Assembly: GCA_034003985.1 (NCBI GenBank)
Contig: JAVEXP010000002.1
Coordinates: 11,206 to 75,205 of the forward strand
DNA: 64,000 nt
Source of the DNA: Patescibacteria group bacterium
GTDB taxonomy: Bacteria; Patescibacteriota; Patescibacteriia; Buchananbacterales; UBA6539
Reading direction: 5' to 3'
Part shown: positions 57,637 to 64,000 of the stretch, in pieces
How positions within the stretch are numbered: the stretch's first letter is position 1
How the letters are laid out: every line of letters starts with the position of its first letter
Notes under the pieces: generated by a model
Databases searched by the model: none
The model's input: only the letters and a program-made list of their open reading frames with translations
Told to the model about the DNA's origin: nothing
Made by a program: the position numbers and the translations under genes

Positions 57637-58251
57637 ATGACTAGGATTTTTACTACCTTGGCAGTCGTTTCACTGATACTGGTCGGTTGTACTCAGCCAG
57701 TTGCCAATGACAATCCTTCAGGTGTTCAAGACAGTCAACCTGCTACTGCACTTGATGTCACGGCTGATGATAGTATTAGTCAGCCAGAAATTACACCTGG
57801 ACAGGATAATCCCGAAGTCCAATATTCGGAATATCAAAACAAGGCACTGGGTTATCGTCTTAAATATCCAAGTAGCTGGTATTGGCGTCATTATATCAAA
57901 AACCAGCTTGGTAATTCCTTGCCAGACATTCAGGACTTATTTATTGCTAATCCGACCCCACTAGCTGATTTGAATGCCGAAATTTTGGGCCGGTTAGTTG
58001 TGGCGGTATCTGACAAAAATTTGGAAGAACTGACTATTGGGCTGTCAGATCTAGCCAAGACCGAAACCCAAGCGGCCGGCCAACCCGCCCGGCGCTATGA
58101 GGGGTTAAAACCAGGGAATTTGAAAACCATTGAATATTACTTTAACAATGGTGACAAATTCTATAGAATAGTATATAATAAGGTTGATAGTAGTGCTGTG
58201 GATGAACAGGTTATGACCGAGCTGATTAAAGATTTTGGCTTTGTTAATTAA
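57637..58251 (+). CDS. hypothetical lipoprotein
   Basis: Lipobox LVGC, then a Q/D-rich linker and a folded domain. Confidence 0.5.
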   Translation: MTRIFTTLAVVSLILVGCTQPVANDNPSGVQDSQPATALDVTADDSISQPEITPGQDNPEVQYSEYQNKALGYRLKYPSSWYWRHYIKNQLGNSLPDIQDLFIANPTPLADLNAEILGRLVVAVSDKNLEELTIGLSDLAKTETQAAGQPARRYEGLKPGNLKTIEYYFNNGDKFYRIVYNKVDSSAVDEQVMTELIKDFGFVN

Positions 58252-58279
58252 TAATTTTAATTAATAATAATTTAAAGTT

Positions 58280-58561
58280 ATGGCTAAAATGACCAAAACT
58301 CAAATCATGGCCACTTTGGCAGAAAAATCTGGTTTGAGCAAAAAAGACGCTACCGGTTTGGTAGATGCCATGGTTGAATTGGCTTACAAAGAAGTCAAGT
58401 CTAATGGTGAATTCACCATTCCAGGTATTGGCAAATTGGTCAAAGTCAACCGCAAGGCTCGCATGGGTCGCAACCCAGCCACTGGTGAAGAGATCAAAAT
58501 CCCCGCCAAGACGGTTGTTAAGTTCCGGGTTGCCAAAGCTGCCAAAGACGCTGTTTTGTAA
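58280..58561 (+). CDS. hup: DNA-binding protein HU
   Basis: MTKTQIMATLAEKSGLSKKDA...GKLVKVNRKARMGRNPATGEEIKIPAK HU consensus. Confidence 0.85.
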   Translation: MAKMTKTQIMATLAEKSGLSKKDATGLVDAMVELAYKEVKSNGEFTIPGIGKLVKVNRKARMGRNPATGEEIKIPAKTVVKFRVAKAAKDAVL

Positions 58562-58584
58562 TCTGAATTCAAACCGTTAAAATA

Positions 58585-58615
58585 AAAGACCCCATTTTCG
58601 GGGTTCTTTTATTTT
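58585..58615 (+). terminator. rho-independent terminator AAAAGACCCCATTTTCGGGGTTCTTTTATTTT
   Basis: Read directly after the hup stop. Confidence 0.6.
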
Positions 58616-58679
58616 AAAGTCTGATTAGTCAAAATCATCATTTTTTGTTAAAATAAATAAGGAAATAATCTCAAATTAT

Positions 58680-59018
58680 ATGATTTTAATAGTCAACTGG
58701 TTAATTCTCACTTTGGCAATTTTGATTACTTCTTATTTATTGCCTGGCGTGATGATTGAGACTTTAACGGCGGCCATTATAGCGGCATTGGTTTTGGGCA
58801 TTATCAATGTTTCACTCAAACCGGTGCTTATTATTTTGACCCTGCCAATTAACATTTTGACGCTGGGTCTCTTTACTCTGGTGATCAATGCTTTGCTGGT
58901 ATTATTGGTTGCCTGGCTGGTCAATGGTTTTGAAGTTGCCAATTTTTGGTGGGCATTGCTATTCGCCGTTGTCTTGTCGATTATTAATGCCTTTTTAGGC
59001 CAGCTTAAAGATATTTAG
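58680..59018 (+). CDS. small 4-TM membrane protein, phage-holin-4_2/YvlD-like
   Basis: 112 aa, composition and topology typical of the YvlD/holin_4_2 family. Confidence 0.45.
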   Translation: MILIVNWLILTLAILITSYLLPGVMIETLTAAIIAALVLGIINVSLKPVLIILTLPINILTLGLFTLVINALLVLLVAWLVNGFEVANFWWALLFAVVLSIINAFLGQLKDI

Positions 59019-59022
59019 AATT

Positions 59023-59508
59023 ATGAAAATATATCTGGGCGCCGATCATGCCGGCTTTGAACTCAAAGAAAAAATTAAAAAATTTTTAACTGACCAAAAA
59101 TACGATTTGGAAGATTTGGGTAATACGGTATTTGACAAGGATGATGATTATCCAGATTTTTCTGCCAAAGTCGCCAATGAAGTTGTACTAACTCCTAATT
59201 CATTGGGAATTCTATTTTGCGGCTCGGCCCAAGGAGCGTGTATTGCCGCTAACAAGATTAAAGGTATTAGGGCTGCCTCGGTTCGCAGTGAAGCCGAAGC
59301 AAAATTGGCGCGCCAGCATGATGATGTCAATATTCTTTGTTTGGCTGGCGGTCAGCAGGTTCAACAACAATATAAAAATATCGGTCTGAGTCCAGCCTTG
59401 GCTAAGAGAATTGTTTTGGCCTGGCTGAAATCATCTTTTTCTCAAGCCGCCAGACATCAGCGCCGGATCAATAAAATTAAAAGAATTGAACAAAAGAATT
59501 TTTGGTAA
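59023..59508 (+). CDS. rpiB: ribose-5-phosphate isomerase B
   Basis: MKIYLGADHAGFELKE N-terminus, RpiB/LacAB family. Confidence 0.85.
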   Translation: MKIYLGADHAGFELKEKIKKFLTDQKYDLEDLGNTVFDKDDDYPDFSAKVANEVVLTPNSLGILFCGSAQGACIAANKIKGIRAASVRSEAEAKLARQHDDVNILCLAGGQQVQQQYKNIGLSPALAKRIVLAWLKSSFSQAARHQRRINKIKRIEQKNFW

Positions 59509-59509
59509 T

Positions 59510-60148
59510 ATGACTTCCGAAATCATTGCGGCAATTTTAACCTCCAGCCCGGCCGAATTAAATAGCCGTTTGGCCGCTGTCTCCGGTTTGGTCCGCTGGG
59601 CCCAGTTGGATGTTATGGATGGTCAATTCGTAAACAATGTCTCTGCTGATTTGAATATTTTGGAGCCATTCAATTATCAGCTAAAAATTTCGGCTCATTT
59701 AATGGTTGATAATCCTGTTGATTATTTTTCAATTTGTCGGCGTCTTGGCTGTCAGCGTTTGATTTTTCATTATGAAGCCGTTCAAAACCATCATCAAATC
59801 TTGGCCGCCATCAAGGCCATGGGTTTGGAAGCCGGTTTGGCTTTAGAACCACAAACCGATATCAAGGTAGTTTCTAAATTTTTGCCGGAGTTGTCAGAAA
59901 TTTTGTTGCTGGCAGTTGATCCGGGATTAGGCGGCCAGCTATTTATGGCGTCAACTTTGGACCGAATTAAGGCCCTTCGGCAGTTGGCGCCAGACCAATT
60001 TATCAGCGTTGATGGGGGAATCAATTCGGCCAACATCAAAACCGTTGCCGATTGTGGTGCCAATGGCTTGGTTGTCGGCAGCGCCATTTTTATGCAGCCT
60101 GACATCAAACAGGCAATTAAAGATTTAGAGCAGAAATTACATGGTTAA
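59510..60148 (+). CDS. rpe: ribulose-phosphate 3-epimerase
   Basis: DVMDGQFVNN and downstream barrel motifs. Start taken at the ATG at 59510. Confidence 0.8.
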   Translation: MTSEIIAAILTSSPAELNSRLAAVSGLVRWAQLDVMDGQFVNNVSADLNILEPFNYQLKISAHLMVDNPVDYFSICRRLGCQRLIFHYEAVQNHHQILAAIKAMGLEAGLALEPQTDIKVVSKFLPELSEILLLAVDPGLGGQLFMASTLDRIKALRQLAPDQFISVDGGINSANIKTVADCGANGLVVGSAIFMQPDIKQAIKDLEQKLHG

Positions 60149-61979
60149 TTTTAAAAAATTAGAAGATCTGGCCAGGCTGATTCGTTATTATGTTTTGGTT
60201 TCCACTACCACCGCCGGTTCCGGCCACCCCAGTTCTTGTCTGTCGGCCGTTGATCTATTGACCACTTTATATTTCGGCGGTTTTTTGCGTTATGATTTAA
60301 ATCATCCAAAATATCACAACAATGACCGAGTGATTTTTTCCAAAGGCCATAGTGCGCCGCTGCTTTATTCGTTGTACGCCGCCGCCGGCAAAATTACCGA
60401 ATCGGAATTAAAAACTTTGCGTCAGTTCAGCAGTCCGCTTGAAGGCCATCCAACCGCCCTGTTTCCTTATACCGAGGCGGCGACCGGATCGCTTGGCCAT
60501 GGCCTCTCAATTGGCGTTGGCATGGCGCTAAACGCCAAAATTGATCAATTGTCTTATCGGACTTATGTCTTGCTGGGGGATAGTGAAATGGCCGAAGGCT
60601 CAGTCTGGGAAGCTTTGCAATTGGCGGCTCATTATAAATTGGATAATCTAGTTGGCATTATTGATGTCAATCGCCTTGGTCAGCGCGGCCAGACAATGTA
60701 TGGCCATGATATCAAGGCTTATCAGCAACGGATTAAGGCTTTTGGCTGGCACCCCATTGTGATTGATGGGCATGACTTAAGGCAGATTGCCAATGCTTTT
60801 GGTCAGCTTGGCAAAATTAAGAATAAACCCACCATGATTATTGCCAAAACCTTGAAAGGCAAAGGCCTTAGTCTGATGGAAAATAAAAATGGTTGGCACG
60901 GTAGAACTTTGTCTTCCGCACAGTTCAATTTGGCTTTGGCCGAACTTGGTGTGGTTAACAAGAAACTTCAAGGAAGGATTAATTTACCGGCGCGTTTGAC
61001 CGTTAAAAGATATACTCCTGAGTCCAAAACCGTTGCCAAAAATACCAACTTAGCCTTGGCCAGTCGCAAAGCTTATGGTCAGGCTTTGGTTAAACTTCAT
61101 TCGCGCTATCCTAATTTGGTGGTGTTGGATGCCGAAGTTAGCAATTCGACTTACGCCGAAACTTTTAAAAATGCTTATCCCGAAAGATTTTTTGAGATGT
61201 ATATTGCCGAACAAAATATGGTCGGCGTGGCAGTGGGATTGGCCACGAGGGGTAAAATTCCTTTTATCTCGACATTCGCGGCTTTTTTTACTAGAGCTTT
61301 TGACCAAATCAGGATGGCTCAGTATTCGGGCGACGGTTCGCATATTAATTTCGTCGGTTCACATGCCGGTACCTCCATTGGCCAGGATGGTTCTTCGCAA
61401 ATGGGTCTGGAAGATATTGCGATGTTCCGCGCGGTTTTGGACAGCATTGTATTATATCCGGCTGACTATGTTTCTGACGAAAAATTGGTTGCTGCCGCAA
61501 TCAATCACCCCGGCATTTGTTATTTGCGAACCACCCGGGCCGATACACCTCAGCTTTATAAACGAAGTGAAAAATTTCCAATTGGTGGGAGCAAAGTTTT
61601 AAAGCAATCAACCAATGATCAGGTGGCGGTTGTTGCCGCCGGTATCACTTTGCACGAGGCACTGGCCGCTTATCAGGAATTACTCAGAGAGAAAATCAAT
61701 ATCCGGGTGATTGATTTATATAGCATTAAGCCGATTGATAAAGTGGCTTTAAGACAAGCGGCCAGACAAACCAAAGCGATTATTGTGGTCGAGGATCATT
61801 TTGAAGAAGGCGGAATTGGTGAAGCTGTCCGAACAGCGTTACAGGATGTTGAGGTGGCCATTTATTCTTTGGCCGTTCGTAAGATTCCCAAAAGCGGCTC
61901 ACCCGATCAGCTATTGCGCTACGAACAAATCGACCGTCGGGCAATCGTCAAACAGGTCAAGAAAATAGTTAAATATTAG
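60141..61979 (+). CDS. tkt: transketolase (compact, 612 aa)
   Basis: TPP-binding GSGHPSS and GDSEMAEG motifs, plus the pyrimidine-binding and C-terminal domains. Confidence 0.9.
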   Translation: MVNFKKLEDLARLIRYYVLVSTTTAGSGHPSSCLSAVDLLTTLYFGGFLRYDLNHPKYHNNDRVIFSKGHSAPLLYSLYAAAGKITESELKTLRQFSSPLEGHPTALFPYTEAATGSLGHGLSIGVGMALNAKIDQLSYRTYVLLGDSEMAEGSVWEALQLAAHYKLDNLVGIIDVNRLGQRGQTMYGHDIKAYQQRIKAFGWHPIVIDGHDLRQIANAFGQLGKIKNKPTMIIAKTLKGKGLSLMENKNGWHGRTLSSAQFNLALAELGVVNKKLQGRINLPARLTVKRYTPESKTVAKNTNLALASRKAYGQALVKLHSRYPNLVVLDAEVSNSTYAETFKNAYPERFFEMYIAEQNMVGVAVGLATRGKIPFISTFAAFFTRAFDQIRMAQYSGDGSHINFVGSHAGTSIGQDGSSQMGLEDIAMFRAVLDSIVLYPADYVSDEKLVAAAINHPGICYLRTTRADTPQLYKRSEKFPIGGSKVLKQSTNDQVAVVAAGITLHEALAAYQELLREKINIRVIDLYSIKPIDKVALRQAARQTKAIIVVEDHFEEGGIGEAVRTALQDVEVAIYSLAVRKIPKSGSPDQLLRYEQIDRRAIVKQVKKIVKY

Positions 61980-62020
61980 AGTTTATTATTTAGACAGGGG
62001 CAGCCCGAGTCGGCCAGGCA

Positions 62021-63127
62021 ATGATAAATATGCGATTTAAGTTTATTTTATTTTTCGCCATTTTTATTTCGGTTTTTTTAGCCAGTCATCCGGTCTGGGC
62101 GGAGGAAACCAAAGTCATTTTTGATTTTCCGTCGTTCGTTTCTGGTCAGGCCGGTGAAACCTGGCAGATTTTTAATAACTCCGACGAAGGTCTCTATCCG
62201 CAAGACGAAGGTCTGCTTTTGCATAACGACGGTGATGCTTATTTGATTTACAATCAGCCTTTTGGTTATGATCAATTTAATAACTTAATGATTGAACTTA
62301 AAGTTAATCGGCCATTGGTTATTACTTTGACTGCCGATATTCAAACTTTAGCTCAAACCAGTTTTGAATTTCAGCGCGCGCTTGATCCCAGTGATGATTA
62401 TCAGGTAATCAATTTTTCTTTGCGCCATCGTTTTTTTAAGAATGTTAAGGAATTTGGTATCAATCTTCATTCCGCTGGCGCCAGTGATGTTGTTGTTAAA
62501 CAAATTAAGCTTGAAGCTGTCGGCGCGGGTATTGTTAAACAGGCGGTTTCTGACTATTGGCGGATGGCTCCTTATTCGCCCTATACTGTCAATTTATTCC
62601 CAGCCCCTTTGATTTTTGGCCACCCGGGGTTTATTGTTTTTATCCCCGTCTTAACGGTTTTGATCTTGTTGGTCATCTATTTCCAACGCTGGCGAAAATG
62701 GGCTTTGATTTTATTGGTGGCCCTTTGGTTGATCACTGACTTGCGGATGGCTTATGAATTTTTAAATTATCATTTGGTCGATTATCGTTCTTATCTTTCG
62801 CCAAGTACACAAGTCAAAAGTTTTCGTAATTATGGTGATTTTTATCAGTTTGCGGACTGGGTTGAGAGCCACTGCCAAGGTTTTTCCAATTTTAATTTTT
62901 ATAGTTTTGGCAGCAGCCACTTGCCTAGGATTTTAACTTATTTGGTTTATCCTTTAGATGTTTTACCTTCCGGCAATCAGACCAAAGCTACCGTGGTCTA
63001 CAATCGTCAAGATATAAAATATAACGATCAGGATTCAAGGCTTTATAATCAGCAAGGGCCAATTACCGACCCGGGAGAAATTATTGCCGTCTATAACGAT
63101 GATTCTTTTATTTTTATTGAACAATGA
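62021..63127 (+). CDS. hypothetical secreted/membrane protein (signal peptide, C-terminal TM pair)
   Basis: 368-aa ORF. No family recognised. Confidence 0.45.
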   Translation: MINMRFKFILFFAIFISVFLASHPVWAEETKVIFDFPSFVSGQAGETWQIFNNSDEGLYPQDEGLLLHNDGDAYLIYNQPFGYDQFNNLMIELKVNRPLVITLTADIQTLAQTSFEFQRALDPSDDYQVINFSLRHRFFKNVKEFGINLHSAGASDVVVKQIKLEAVGAGIVKQAVSDYWRMAPYSPYTVNLFPAPLIFGHPGFIVFIPVLTVLILLVIYFQRWRKWALILLVALWLITDLRMAYEFLNYHLVDYRSYLSPSTQVKSFRNYGDFYQFADWVESHCQGFSNFNFYSFGSSHLPRILTYLVYPLDVLPSGNQTKATVVYNRQDIKYNDQDSRLYNQQGPITDPGEIIAVYNDDSFIFIEQ

Positions 63128-64000
63128 TTTTTTCTTACTTAAAAATTATTTTGGCAATTCTAATACTGTGGCCGCGGGGGTATCTACTGGCTTACCTGAT
63201 TGATCGCAGCAAGTCTTTTGGTTTTGGTTTCAAGTTTTTTGTCGGTTGGCTGCTGGGAATTGCCGGGTTTACTCTTGATGTCTTCGCGGCCAATGTTTTT
63301 GGCCATCAACCTTTGACTTGGTGGGTCTTTTTAGGTTCTTCCGTCACCCAAATTTTTGGTTTTGGTTTTATGATTTTTATTGCTGAAAAAAAGCTGCCCT
63401 GGCCCAATTCTAAACATTTTATCCCTTGGCTGAAAGTTCAACGGCAAAATTTTAAATCTTGGGATCTTCTTACTAAATCAGCTTTCGGATTTTTGGTGTT
63501 GACTTTAATTATTAGGGTTGGCGCTAGCTTATGGCAGATTACCTATATTCCCACTTATGATTTTGACGCCTGGAACAATTGGAATTTGCGGGCTAAAGTG
63601 ATTTATACTCAAGCTGCTGTGCCGCTAGATTCAAATCAGAATTTTTATCTGGGAGGTGGTATTAAGAGTTATCCGTTAAATGATTCTATTTTCAAAGTTT
63701 GGTTGGCCTTCGCGGCCGGCGACTTTGTGGATCGTTTTGTCAATTTGGCTAGTCTGATTTATTATCTTTTGCTATTGGCTATCTTTTATTTCTCCGTGCC
63801 CAAAAATGTTAATCGGTTATTTAAAATAATTGCTACTTATGCTTTAAGCAGTTTGCCACTGCTTTATTTTCATTCTCATGTGCCTTATGCCGATTTGCTA
63901 TTTTCGATATTTTTGTTTTTGACGGTTATTTCGATTTTTTATTTTTTGGCCGGACTGGGAAATTCATATTTTTACCTTTCCGGCATTGCCTTGGCTTTCA
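63124..64000 (+). CDS. polytopic membrane protein, 3' end truncated by window edge
   Basis: ATG overlaps the previous stop (ATGA). At least 7 TM segments. Could be a membrane glycosyltransferase, but no specific call is made. Confidence 0.4.
   Translation, partial: MIFSYLKIILAILILWPRGYLLAYLIDRSKSFGFGFKFFVGWLLGIAGFTLDVFAANVFGHQPLTWWVFLGSSVTQIFGFGFMIFIAEKKLPWPNSKHFIPWLKVQRQNFKSWDLLTKSAFGFLVLTLIIRVGASLWQITYIPTYDFDAWNNWNLRAKVIYTQAAVPLDSNQNFYLGGGIKSYPLNDSIFKVWLAFAAGDFVDRFVNLASLIYYLLLLAIFYFSVPKNVNRLFKIIATYALSSLPLLYFHSHVPYADLLFSIFLFLTVISIFYFLAGLGNSYFYLSGIALAF

Overview
This 64-kb window looks like a small-genome, low-GC bacterial chromosome with the hallmarks of Candidate Phyla Radiation / Patescibacteria. 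GC is about 35-45% judged by eye. The genetic code is standard (code 11): TGA and TAA both terminate genes. Many genes have only weak Shine-Dalgarno sites. Ribosomal proteins carry long low-complexity tails, and L30 is absent between rpsE and rplO.

Main contents, in order:
- A GC-rich segment (about 55-65% GC) with a DAHP/KDO8P-synthase-family gene.
- suhB, then tRNA-Pro(GGG) with a tandem 16-bp repeat, a YbaK/ProX deacylase, a nitroreductase, rpmB and a site-2 protease.
- A complete str operon (rpsL, rpsG, fusA, an unknown inserted ORF, tuf) followed by the S10-spc cluster (rpsJ through rplO), secY, adk and map. RuvX and a RecO-like gene follow directly, in place of infA, rpmJ, rpsM, rpsK and rpoA.
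- A second GC-rich island with its own consensus promoter and strong RBS, encoding a CodA-like amidohydrolase and a convergent small ORF.
- aspS (short, no GAD domain), a YbaK-like deacylase fused to a lysine-rich tail, scpAB, a D-Ala-D-Ala carboxypeptidase, tpiA, and a tRNA-Thr/Tyr/Thr - rpmG - tRNA-Trp cluster.
- An accessory cell-envelope region (36.7-45.5 kb): SanA-like protein, Cys-rich membrane and lipoproteins, a K+ channel with an in-frame TAA, a patatin, a 984-aa tandem-repeat surface protein and a DUF4349-like protein.
- A Ca-type P-type ATPase, a beta-CASP RNase, an XRE regulator paired with a membrane protein, and an unusual operon of CbiM/NikM, a PDGLE protein, an 829-aa unknown and a Memo-like::CapA fusion.
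- A LOG-family protein, a DEDD exonuclease, HU and the non-oxidative pentose-phosphate genes rpiB, rpe and tkt.

No CRISPR array, integrase or transposase was found. The most unusual loci are the two GC-rich islands, the Memo::CapA operon, the stop-interrupted K+ channel, the repeat adhesin with its patatin neighbour, and a repeat family next to tRNA genes.
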